A stretch of DNA of 60,409 nucleotides, the filler included. It is 7 parts of 7 records of this genome, joined end to end, with 100 filler letters (N's around TTAATTAATTAA, not from the genome) between each part and the next. Parts side by side here need not be neighbours in the genome. Positions count along the whole stretch, not along the records: positions 16,328 to 29,183 come from SRR20825019_13; positions 29,284 to 37,519 come from SRR20825019_19; 5 more parts are not named here. The stretch is one strand, 5' to 3'. The position numbers and the translations under genes were made by a program. Position 1 is the first letter of the stretch, and every line of letters starts with the position of its first letter. Positions 22,401 through 30,708 of the stretch are shown here, piece by piece. Under the pieces are notes generated by a model. It did no database searches and was not told the origin of the DNA. It was given only the letters and a program-made list of their open reading frames with translations.

Positions 22401-25400
22401 CTCACCAAATTCGCATCAAATCCCAACTACATCGATGACTTCCCATTTAACATTTCGGACCCTGTATACCGCACCCCCTCGGTGCACAATCGTCTATTCC
22501 TCGCGACGTTGTGCCCCCAGATTTATGTCGATATTCTTACAACAGCAGCCACCACCATGACTCGCCTTAATAGTATTTACGACACATTTGTGGAACGATC
22601 TATCAGAAAACTCGACGACATTACCCCCATAAAGAAGCTCACGGCGGCCCTTGCCTGCTCCATCTGCGCTGTTATATTGGTGCTGTTGTTGGCGGCTTTG
22701 GATGTAAATACTCTAACGTTTGGATACCTCGGCCGGGCTCATATGCTCATGTTGGTGGTTGTGTGGATACCGTGTGTAGCACTCTGCTGGGTTGCACTTG
22801 ACAATGCGAAGAACATGGACTCTCGTGTCGTCGAAAGCCGCCAAAATATCTTTACCGCTCTTGATGCCTACTCCAACATCACCACCAGTGTCCTTGCAGG
22901 CCATGAGGTGGCGGCAGCAGGTATGTTCTATTCCTTCCAGCGGAGCCAAGCTATCTCCTACGACCAGATAGTTCGTAGCCTTGTGGCAGTAGTTCGGACG
23001 ACTCAAGAGGAGGCGGAGGAAAACGCCCAGAAGGTCTCCATATTCTCAACCGCCCCTAACTTTGAAACAGCTCTTCCAAGTGATACTATAGTCGGGGGGA
23101 AGTTCTTAACTTCTGCGAATCTCTTGACGAACATGCAAACGGCTGCTACTGGGATGAAAACATCGTCCCTTATGGCAATCGATTATTTTGTAGCACAACC
23201 GATGGTGGATGCACTAGACCACTCATATTGGAACTTCTATGAAGAAGCGGATGTGCAAATCGACATGGCGCTATTTCGAAGGCCGCTACATCTCGATCAG
23301 GACATACCTCTCACCTACACCAACAAGACGTACGACCTAACTACGCGCTCCCCCCTCGAGCTCACCATCGCTGCCGTCTACACAGCCTTCGGACCCCGCT
23401 ACATTGCTCACTCACGTGTCGTCGCAAACACGGCCACTAAGGTGCGCGATAGTGGTATTGTCACAAGTATGGACTCGGTCAGGAGGAGTGGAGAGAATCT
23501 AAAGGCGCTTGTCGTTTCTGCCCTCATCACGGCCGTCATAGTCGTCATAACTATGGCTGGATTATCCTACCTGTTTTTACAAGTGCTCTACTTACTGCTG
23601 GGACTGAAGGCGGATGGTAGCAAAGTGTTCGAGGGGTCCATCTACGAGCGCATGATGGTCAGGGCGCGTGTGGCCGTACTCGCCCTCGCATTCCTCCTCG
23701 TGGCCGCCTTTGGGGTATGTATGTTTGCAACTGGTGTCAATGAATCTTACGCAAACCAACTGTATTTAGCCCAGCTAACAAAAATCCATATTGCGGATAG
23801 TTTGTTAATGTTCCATGAGGCGCTTGCAAACCTTACAATTAGTGGAGTATCTCGACACGCTGATTTCAGTACTATGGGCGATTCAGTCAACGATCTCATC
23901 TCAACAAAACGTCAATTATTGTTCGGATCGAGCCCCCTAGATGGTCGGATGGTGGCTTTGGGTAGCACCCCTGGCTTCGACGTACCTCTCTTTGGAGCGG
24001 GTGATATCGATGCTGCCAACGCGCTCCTATCAACCCTGTATCGTGATGGTTGTGGTGGGTTGTTGAATGCTGACACCCAATCACGGATGTCCGCATTCCT
24101 GAGCTCCACCGCAGCAGCCGTCCAAGACAGTGCAGTGACGTTATCCCAAGGCTCCAGTGGTATTGGGTCCTTCACCGCCTACAACACAGATACCACCGCC
24201 ACCTCTCCCACTGGCAGTGGACAACTACAGTTACACATGCTGAATACAGCCCTTGTACGCTGGTCCGAGCTACTCACCGTCATCAGCGGAAGCGCTTCTC
24301 GATTTGAAACGTATGCAGAACAACGTGCCTTTTTCGAAACCATTCTCAATGAAATGACAGCTGCAGCCCCCGATATTATAACAGGTGTGGCCGAGGTAAC
24401 CTCCAACCTCAGCGCACACCTTAATGGGGAGCTGGATACCATCACTACCGTGTCACTCATCGTTGCCTCGCTATTCGCCGCCGCCGTCGCGATCGTCTAC
24501 TTCTTTGTATTTATTCCTATTGTGCGACTATTAGTGGAAGAGGCTGAGAACGCTAAGCTACTCCTCCGAATGATTCCAGCCTCCGCACGGGAGCAGGTCC
24601 CCGCCATCGCCGAGTTTGTCGAAACTGGACGCATTGACAATGCCGCAGAGCTCCAGAAGAAATTCGAGGCCAGTGAGAAGCTTTTGCAGAATATACTTCC
24701 CACAAAGATTGCCAAGAGGCTTAAGGCGGGGGAGCAGCCGATTGCAGACATGCACGAGAGCATATCGATCCTCTTTACTGACCTAGTAGGGTTCACGAAG
24801 CGCAGTAGTAGCATGGCTGCTTTCGAGATCGTGGATTTCCTTAACGAAATATTCCTCGAATTTGATACAATTGCGGAGCTGCTTGAATTGGAAAAGATCA
24901 AGACGATTGGGGATGCGTACTTCTTGGCAGGGGGTCTAGATCCCACTATCAAGGACCATGCCATGCGTGTAATCGAAGCCTCCCTACTCTTCTTCACGAG
25001 TCTCCATGAGCACAACGAGCGACACCCCGGCCGAGACCCCCTTCGTATGCGACTAGGCGTCCATACCGGCCCCGCAGTAGCTGGCGTTATTGGAAAATCC
25101 AAGGTCGCATATGACTTATGGGGGGAGAGTGTTGAGATTGCGAATGCTATGGAGACAACAGGAGTGCCCGGCCTCGTGCACATCTCAGAAACCACCGCCC
25201 ATGACGTCCAGGGATACTACCGCCTAGAGGACAGGGGGGAGTTGCCACGTGAGAAGGAGTCGATCCCCGATAACATGCCTGCCACATTCCTCGTCACCGG
25301 TAGACTACTACCCACCCCCTATATGCACCTAGTTCGGCCCAAGCTACACTCCAAAACCGCACATGGATCCCTGGGAGGCAGTGGTGGTGGTGGGGTAGGA

Positions 25401-25508
25401 AGTAGTAGTGCTGCCAACAGTATGAGCGGCACTCAGAAAGATACTACCCCGAGAAAGAAGCTACTACCCAAGGATGCACCCCCAAGCTCCTCGCTGAACT
25501 CTTTATAA
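16434..25508 (+). CDS. Giant multi-pass membrane class III nucleotidyl (adenylate-type) cyclase with TmcB-like helical region
   Basis: 3024-aa intronless ORF with many TM segments. C-terminal S-helix (SEKLLQNILP) and cyclase motifs ILFTDLVGFT, EKIKTIGDAY, MRLGVHTGP, YDLWG. Confidence 0.92.
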   Translation: MSETGSMAGSMVGGSTLNGGDTDSTHASASAPSSLFPGSRIYKFVTEDFPIFPALETLVGIAEWRWASSLGVLVQAIQRLAFVVNPHFNAIWGEAVGTSGISRVFYFSHFPIYDPLEFPYTDITATIQFGIWFSAVVAIALFVSVGLASATLSRTNKQDSLNMVSVRLIGRTYSTWVWIPLLQMIAASMVCDLAYTAKSFVQGGNSAPTETTQAFLATLYADAGSTAAAGLNVGTTSTSASLLVQSSIYSSDTNLPVVNSYAPLRSEINDYDFASFSWYYRYVPATFVKLSNAECFGPSHTATFIGGVITILALIPLLVFIRLCDYSTTTKTTTGERRLLGRRHSTCDLFDLAYTGLLALLYNLMLATGHHAAFSLIYCGLSAGMVVVHAYHLPYHNRFMNRLMVASYSLCAYTGALVAAAMYNTTFGQVEGAPVMFLGLTPIVILVGYVMAEYRVHTPFVHAVERCTLDGNMHDNTIVCTTASAASHAFTPFRHKAHTQTNGPTTLAEAASCIWRVDASGQTLRCDDPHTMGGFGGSTNRFATSSHFDHNMTNAATTNYDAFREGVAVDVGLPESMGHSIHYHPLMELPMDLVSTHREALLREQGRIISERRKGSSHQHATLAEDLADPEYHFRRPQCVEAETQLRAAQGFAANTIPFSTLEHRQRFPAGLEDDTLVLFSPFPDFDSRVRDALAKQIASHKHTVSSTTMANNHNHNNRANDPSAGMVYGRRNSTGDLNGGEDVMLTSLRPGSDQQYNARGGGGAWSNPFSSMFRAASVFTDLFGNFGASSNYAASNNPTDSSLNTGSFNPMDSSRGDNPFGNSKSQYPSSTAGGGGAFHRNPAAIIPEPGLKQRVSRLLHPFISNVYSGRDVSLATSFVYQGTWPLHRTPSAEMLLLASHMYARGLVRFRSSPIVLLDFGTFITDYIPSLAAFGTQLLEQLQQCNHLSLVIQFRTTLFASNLRQALGIRNHSHLLHSEAARTLHRSVLSHMTTFWNTLAEPSVNIGQVAAIADDITLDRRKAIGQFQLAIQRQTASDPKLITRLGEFLQDVMLDTEGATECFNEAREIRDARNARTMRGTRQVTLVELDLQTLSNRLLGLLSSRQDTAVVASKGMVQFLLFKVTIIILFLAAVAALMVYGTLWQGDQERGVLRRVQAGSEVSSSLAMFTAVLYAQDQTLSASSSSSSVQSNVTAILSSLAETFGNALRDVTVGSAASSYKPHLDILHSASIPFSTDTDVLTGASGVAVGAFDTSSYVGGVAASPYAYKEGRQTIDFDSISLPEGTSLWELGQILSASMQAIVQSGLDPAVSFFHSLTLRDNVHKAESVFQFDVRMFLEEQHANMSKMRIYFVIVFLIGLGVLLVLYLTFYLSLQRTASERMFTFQLTTLIPFESLEFLASEARRKVNVILAEQQQGGKRGGGGSTGMKFNTEFQLGFSGLSNSTNGASGWLGVSTEDQSENSQRSSRAPTPLSAAVGVSKGTAAATTVKSSLFPSTSLTHPHHGRRSPPPPPPAPDAAALLSGSDDNGEDGTGVVTSPPTAARPLIDIFEDQGVPVKTLSRRAQRGGGKVVIIGTSDDEIANSDSDGAPKKRNSGGAKRRGKQQFNLNDDNEDAQPPVRGGRRGGGAGGPVLTEEEYQAKKKKHQEYLRMFKPPKELRSCLKRGTKQGGDRSGGHNTLTSSAAALTSALEPRLMHQPEKKVSGGGAPVNTNNILSKQERQRQLRSNNATRAKKVRWGGVTIVGADNSVQRQLQSAVADEKTVSRAIDEESNDSWDEDETSMEIQRGAEQSKRDRQRQAETKAKLRRAYYRYFAVTIAALVLIFTIVVTTLLVVVVGEIDAGPTEYGDVLADIINIGSLRDSIVSLSDRGLQFTISGNEDLGTTYFAHRRRVYAELDRLVLLGITEEEVSRLLAFEAEFKDQQYVIDDLLALSTFSHSIPIVVDVIPTLHPLVKNATELYERVKERHPLKYASSWKLYNAMYNASVPILLTKFASNPNYIDDFPFNISDPVYRTPSVHNRLFLATLCPQIYVDILTTAATTMTRLNSIYDTFVERSIRKLDDITPIKKLTAALACSICAVILVLLLAALDVNTLTFGYLGRAHMLMLVVVWIPCVALCWVALDNAKNMDSRVVESRQNIFTALDAYSNITTSVLAGHEVAAAGMFYSFQRSQAISYDQIVRSLVAVVRTTQEEAEENAQKVSIFSTAPNFETALPSDTIVGGKFLTSANLLTNMQTAATGMKTSSLMAIDYFVAQPMVDALDHSYWNFYEEADVQIDMALFRRPLHLDQDIPLTYTNKTYDLTTRSPLELTIAAVYTAFGPRYIAHSRVVANTATKVRDSGIVTSMDSVRRSGENLKALVVSALITAVIVVITMAGLSYLFLQVLYLLLGLKADGSKVFEGSIYERMMVRARVAVLALAFLLVAAFGVCMFATGVNESYANQLYLAQLTKIHIADSLLMFHEALANLTISGVSRHADFSTMGDSVNDLISTKRQLLFGSSPLDGRMVALGSTPGFDVPLFGAGDIDAANALLSTLYRDGCGGLLNADTQSRMSAFLSSTAAAVQDSAVTLSQGSSGIGSFTAYNTDTTATSPTGSGQLQLHMLNTALVRWSELLTVISGSASRFETYAEQRAFFETILNEMTAAAPDIITGVAEVTSNLSAHLNGELDTITTVSLIVASLFAAAVAIVYFFVFIPIVRLLVEEAENAKLLLRMIPASAREQVPAIAEFVETGRIDNAAELQKKFEASEKLLQNILPTKIAKRLKAGEQPIADMHESISILFTDLVGFTKRSSSMAAFEIVDFLNEIFLEFDTIAELLELEKIKTIGDAYFLAGGLDPTIKDHAMRVIEASLLFFTSLHEHNERHPGRDPLRMRLGVHTGPAVAGVIGKSKVAYDLWGESVEIANAMETTGVPGLVHISETTAHDVQGYYRLEDRGELPREKESIPDNMPATFLVTGRLLPTPYMHLVRPKLHSKTAHGSLGGSGGGGVGSSSAANSMSGTQKDTTPRKKLLPKDAPPSSSLNSL

Positions 25509-25783
25509 TGAAGGAAGGGAGGGAAGTGGGCACATCAGACACACGACACAATGGATGGAGAGGACATGTGTTCGTTGTCAATTTCACACACAATTATATG
25601 TATCATCATCATAAGCACTCACCTTTTAGAATGGACTACATTTTATACATTGTCACAGAATTTTAAACTTTTGTTTGTTTTGAAACGATTACTCCTTTAG
25701 GGCATTCATACATGTGTCTTGAGTTTTAATGATTCCCCCTCACTCTCAATCTTTCTAAAAGTGTAAAAAGGGTCGAATTGAAG

Positions 25784-26602
25784 ATGTCCGCCGTTATTAA
25801 CTTGGGCTTGAGAAAGCTCCCTGCACTCTTCCAAGGTGGCGGTGGTGGTGCAGACTACGCAGGTGCCGATGACAACTCCACCAACATCACCACCACCTCC
25901 CCCACCGAGATCAACTACGATGCCATCGACACCTCTGCCAAGAGCCAACTATCTGACTCAAGCCGCCTCATCATATTCTTTGTGGTCGCTGGTATTGCTG
26001 CAGCTGTGGTGATTGCGCTTCTTGTGTTTACATTTGTTACGCATACCCTGTCGAATCGCAAGATGAATGAGGCCCAGAAACAAAATCAAATGGTCCGCCT
26101 TATTAAGAAGAGGGCCATCCAACGTGCCTCCACACACCCCGATGCCCGTGTCCACAACTTCAACTACATCCCCGCCACGGGTCGGCCAAAGGAGGAGTAT
26201 TTTGGGAAGGAGGACATTCCACCTCTTAATGACGATAACTTCCAACGTGAGGTGAGCTTTATGCGCAGTGTCGCAGGAAGCGGCGGTGGAGCCCTTCCCA
26301 AGGGTGGCTTCACTACCAACGCCCACAACAATCACAGTATGGGAAGTGCTATGGGGTTGGGAAGCACGACGAGATCGATCATGGGGACAATGGATAACCG
26401 CCAGGCCTCTATGGGCGCCTCTCCCATGCAGATTGCTGCCCGTGAGGCACGGGCCCAGCAACAGGCAGCAGGGGACGCCTTCGCCATTGGTGCAGGTAGG
26501 GGTGGTGGCACTGCCATGAACCCACTCTCCCCTGGAAAGATCCGTGCCCCACGTGAAGTGTCGATGGGCAGTACCGGTGACTACAAGGACATGGACACAT
26601 AA
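25784..26602 (+). CDS. Single-pass membrane hypothetical protein
   Basis: ORF co-oriented in the cluster with one strong TM helix (LIIFFVVAGIAAAVVIALLVFTFV). Confidence 0.75.
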   Translation: MSAVINLGLRKLPALFQGGGGGADYAGADDNSTNITTTSPTEINYDAIDTSAKSQLSDSSRLIIFFVVAGIAAAVVIALLVFTFVTHTLSNRKMNEAQKQNQMVRLIKKRAIQRASTHPDARVHNFNYIPATGRPKEEYFGKEDIPPLNDDNFQREVSFMRSVAGSGGGALPKGGFTTNAHNNHSMGSAMGLGSTTRSIMGTMDNRQASMGASPMQIAAREARAQQQAAGDAFAIGAGRGGGTAMNPLSPGKIRAPREVSMGSTGDYKDMDT

Positions 26603-26800
26603 TATCATACACATCTACTGGTAAATAGGACGGGGGCGACAGTGTTTTCGTCTCCCTACCCAAAATGGTATGTGTTGTCAATACCACACATGTATATCTA
26701 CCCTTCGTCGCACACATGCTCCCATCATCTCACACCCGTGTAATATCCAGTTTTTATTTTATTCAACAATCACATCTTCAAATCAAAAGTTGTCAAATTC

Positions 26801-26874
26801 CGTTTTTTTGAGTGCATAATCCATTTTCATCATCATTTTTCATTCATCCTATCCCCTTTCATTATTTGTAGTAG
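26801..26874 (+). promoter_or_regulatory. Polypyrimidine tract plus AG, candidate trans-splice acceptor
   Basis: Pyrimidine-rich run ending GTAGTAG 14 nt before the ATG at 26889, in an intronless same-strand cluster. Confidence 0.45.
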
Positions 26875-26888
26875 CCCGATACAATAGT

Positions 26889-28268
26889 ATGTCGTGCATC
26901 ACAGGCGATGAGACCGGTGTTGTTAAGGTTTGGGATATTAGCCGCAGTACTGGAGCCGTCAAGAAGCTTTCTTTTGGAGAGCAGCGTAGGGACAACGGCG
27001 TACAGGCCATGTGCTGGAGGGATAGCAACACCCAGGAGGTGTGTCTGAGCAGGAAGAATGGTGTTGTGGAGGTACTCAACCTTAACACCCAGATGCTGAG
27101 CTGCAAGAAGCGCCTGGGTAGTGATGCCGTCGCTGCTGTGTCATCAGGATTCAGTGTAGTGCGTGGAAAGCTGATTGTGGTGCAGGCCAACGGTCGTATT
27201 CAGATCACCCCCGTCGATCTCGAGCACTCCTACGAGCTCCCTTCCGAGGTCAACGACACCGTCGATGAGGCCGAGGCTAACCCTGGTGCCTCCACCGACC
27301 CCATTGAGGACACCACCGCCATCGTCAAGGAGTTCAAGGCTACTAAGAAGTCCTCCAAGGCCGCTACTGCTGCCCCCACCGTCTCTGCTGCCGCCGCCCC
27401 CGCCCGTACCCAGCTACTCAATGACAACAACATGATCCGTACTGACGAGTCTGCTCTCATCTACGGCCGTAGCCCCATCGAGGCTGTCCATATCCATCGT
27501 CGCTTCGCCCTCGCTGCCGTCGGAGGCCGCGATAACGACCTGTGTGTCTTCGATTTGGCCGGTGAGCGCCAGGAGCCCATCTTCACAGCCAAGAATGTCC
27601 GTGATCACGTGCTAGAGGTGCCCATGCCCGTGTACGTCGCCGGATGCTGCATTGCCAGCCCCTCTGTCTTCTGCGTCGCCACGGCATACCACGAGGTGCG
27701 CTTCTACGACCGTCGTGTTGGTAGCGGACGTCCAGTGCAGGAGTTCCCCATCTCTAGGGAGCTCACCCGCCGTCCCACCTGCATCACCCAGTGGAACTGT
27801 AATAAGTACCTCATTGGTGAGGCCTCTGGTGATGTCCATCTGTACGATACCCGCCGTGGTTTCACCTCCCGTGCCAAGCTCCGCGGTGGTGTCGGTAGCG
27901 TCCGTCAGATGACTAAGCACCCCAATGGCCATCAGATCCTAGCCGTTGCTGGCCTTGATCGTAAGGCTCGTCTCTTCCATGTCCCCACCGGAAAGCTCCT
28001 CCAGAGCATCTACCTCAAGCAGCGTGCCACCTGCGTCCTCCTCGACCGCCACACCCCCCTCTCCGACGCCACCGAGACCTTCAGTGGCATCGTTAATACT
28101 AAGAATGCCGATAAGAATGCCAACAATGCTCTGGGAGACGAGCTTTGGGATGATATGGAGCCCGTTGTAGATGATGACTTCGAGGAGAAGGTCTCCTTCA
28201 GTAGCCGCGGTAAGGCAGCAGCCCCCGCCATCAAGACCCCTACTGGTCAGAAGCGCGATCGCGACTAA
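26889..28268 (+). CDS. WD40 ribosome biogenesis factor, WDR74/Nsa1-like
   Basis: N-terminal TGDETGVVK; GGRDNDL..FD, FTAKNVRD..LEVPMP, VRFYD.R...RPV, GGVGSVR, AGLDR..R.F and YLKQR match the Nsa1/WDR74 pattern. Confidence 0.85.
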   Translation: MSCITGDETGVVKVWDISRSTGAVKKLSFGEQRRDNGVQAMCWRDSNTQEVCLSRKNGVVEVLNLNTQMLSCKKRLGSDAVAAVSSGFSVVRGKLIVVQANGRIQITPVDLEHSYELPSEVNDTVDEAEANPGASTDPIEDTTAIVKEFKATKKSSKAATAAPTVSAAAAPARTQLLNDNNMIRTDESALIYGRSPIEAVHIHRRFALAAVGGRDNDLCVFDLAGERQEPIFTAKNVRDHVLEVPMPVYVAGCCIASPSVFCVATAYHEVRFYDRRVGSGRPVQEFPISRELTRRPTCITQWNCNKYLIGEASGDVHLYDTRRGFTSRAKLRGGVGSVRQMTKHPNGHQILAVAGLDRKARLFHVPTGKLLQSIYLKQRATCVLLDRHTPLSDATETFSGIVNTKNADKNANNALGDELWDDMEPVVDDDFEEKVSFSSRGKAAAPAIKTPTGQKRDRD

Positions 28269-28487
28269 GATAATATCATCACTCTCGATTAAAAAAGAAG
28301 AACAACACACAACCCCCCAACAACACCAGACTAAAAAATAATTACTAAAAACTCCACCCCAAATTTCAATCCACTTTTTGTGTGTTCCGTTTTAATGTTT
28401 GAATTGGATATTGGTGGTATTTGACTATATTCCCATCTACTCCCTTCTTTTATTATAAAATTTTAAAAGTTTAGCATCTAAAGAAAG

Positions 28488-28811
28488 ATGGCCTCTTGCC
28501 GTACCGGCCGCCTCCCCGGCTTCTCGGACCCCATGATCTCCCACATCACCCTTACCGACCTCCGCTACAACGGACGTGTCGCCTACGTGGGTCTACTCGC
28601 CACCGTCTGGATTATGTACCAGAAGCTTCAGCACAGCCATACCCATGTGACCTACAAGGGTCCCGAGAATCCCTTCGCCCGTATCCGCCATCGTCGCTAC
28701 CCCGGAGGTGGTATGTTCTTCGGTTGGGGTAACAACGGCCTCAATCGTGATTGCGGTATGCTCGAGTGGGAGTGCTGGGCAGGTTACACTGGTCGCGAGT
28801 ACTCCTACTAA
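28488..28811 (+). CDS. Cytochrome c oxidase subunit, COX6A-like (kinetoplastid type)
   Basis: 107 aa with one TM, then RIRHRRYPG...DCGMLEWECW, resembling the C-terminus of protist COX6A; strong codon bias. Confidence 0.6.
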   Translation: MASCRTGRLPGFSDPMISHITLTDLRYNGRVAYVGLLATVWIMYQKLQHSHTHVTYKGPENPFARIRHRRYPGGGMFFGWGNNGLNRDCGMLEWECWAGYTGREYSY

Positions 28812-29183
28812 GCGTGGGATGTACATCCATCTTCGCGATGTATGTGTCTATATTTATTATATGCACGTATATCTATGTGGTGATGCATGCACCATTTTAG
28901 CATCTACTTAACTTACTCTACTGCGCCTTCTCTCTTACTACTACTACTACCTATCATTGCCATTTTGTTACACCCCCCCCCGACGATACTCTACTCTTGG
29001 GAACGAAATGATATGAAATAGTGTAGTGTGTATGTATTTTTGATATGGTGTTATAGTTTTGTAGTTGGGAATGTGGACACATTGGTTGTTTGTAGCATAT
29101 AGGGCACCAAAATATCATTTTCATATGGTGGGAGGGGGTTTAAATAGATGCGGTCATCGACGACCTTCTTCCCCTCCTTTTTT

Positions 29184-29283
29184 NNNNNNNNNNNNNNNNN
29201 NNNNNNNNNNNNNNNNNNNNNNNNNNNTTAATTAATTAANNNNNNNNNNNNNNNNNNNNNNNNNNNNNNNNNNNNNNNNNNNN
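29184..29283. other. Artificial contig linker
   Basis: N-TTAATTAATTAA-N. Confidence 0.99.
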
Positions 29284-29760
29284 GGCAGCATCACCTGTCT
29301 GTTCACAATCAACAACCCTACCAACACCACCCTAGTGACAGGAGCTTTAGTCGAGGAGCATCGGGCTTCTCGAGGTCCCAGTCACGGTTTTAAGACAACA
29401 ACAGCTCATTAAAACACCATCTGGTACACCATCACAGCACACATACATTCACACACACATCATCCACTCTCACATGCATCCCCTGTCATCATCATACTGC
29501 CCATTATCCCATCCCACCACATCCCTTCTTTCACATCAAACACTATTATTATCCATTGTACTATTTTAGATTCCAAAAATCAAAATTATTTCAACGTGGG
29601 GTTTTTAATCCCTTTACCTTTTAATGTTTCCTATTTAACACTTGTACCCATTTTCACCCCTCTTATCTATTGACAACTATTTGTGTGCTACGTATTTACT
29701 GATAGAGCTGCGACATACATTTACACATCACCAACCAACCACCTATACACCCACCACACC

Positions 29761-30297
29761 ATGACAGGCCTTGAAATAGTGGCTCTCATCCCAATCGCAT
29801 ACGGAGCCCTACACCTTGCTAATAAGGTCGTCGATCTTAGGGAAACCATCAACAACCAAACCAATCGCATCTCGGAGCTGGAGAGTGCCATACAGAGCTC
29901 GAATACTACTATTCCTGGTGGGCCGGGTAGTCCGTCCTCGATGGGGAGGCTGGCCACCTTTGGGGGGATAGCCGCCGCGTCGGGGCTAGTGGCGTATAAT
30001 ACATGGCGGATATGGTCGCGGCCTCCCCCTGCCTCCACCCGCCACGGGCCCCCCTCGAACTACGAGCCCACCCCCAGCACTAATGAAGACGATCAATGTA
30101 AGGTATGTTGGGAGCACAGGCGGGACACATTAGTGGGGCCGTGTAACCACCTGGCATTGTGCTGGACCTGTGCGGCTACCATTGCGGATACAGCTGCTGC
30201 GGAAGGGAATAGGAGAGGGCCGGTGGATGCGGAGTCGATGGGACAGTGTCCGCTGTGTAGAGGTCCGATAAGGGAACTTCGATTCGCGTTTATGTAA
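29761..30297 (+). CDS. Membrane-anchored C3HC4 RING (IAP/MUL1-type) E3 ligase
   Basis: CKVC...PCNH..LCWTC...CPLCR; two hydrophobic N-terminal segments; ATG at 29761. Confidence 0.85.
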   Translation: MTGLEIVALIPIAYGALHLANKVVDLRETINNQTNRISELESAIQSSNTTIPGGPGSPSSMGRLATFGGIAAASGLVAYNTWRIWSRPPPASTRHGPPSNYEPTPSTNEDDQCKVCWEHRRDTLVGPCNHLALCWTCAATIADTAAAEGNRRGPVDAESMGQCPLCRGPIRELRFAFM

Positions 30298-30708
30298 AGT
30301 GGGGCTTTATAAAAAAGAGAGTAACCCACAACGAAGGATGAGGAGGAGATCACATATTTACGGGTGCGATCTATAACTATACCTGCCCTAGTAAACCACA
30401 TATTATTTTAATCACAGATCACCACCACTACACCCTTTGATGTCTCTCTCGCTCTCTCCTTACACTCCCTTTATTATACTTTACAACAACGTCGAAATCC
30501 TTAAAAACTGCTGCTTGAAATTCAAAAATATATACTTCCATGTTTGTGTGTGTGTGTGAATGTACCACTTTAACTGTGATTGTTGAGTGTTATCCCTCCC
30601 ATTTTTTCTTCCCGCAAAAAAGACAACTATCGCCCCAAACTGTGAGAGAGATATATCAGGCCCTACATAATTTTAAATTGAACCGAAAGTTATTACACAA
30701 CCAATTCA

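Noticed and set aside
24497-25195. Long antisense ORFs inside kinetoplastid genes (also 25958-26614)
   Set aside because: Mirror frames of real codon-biased genes.
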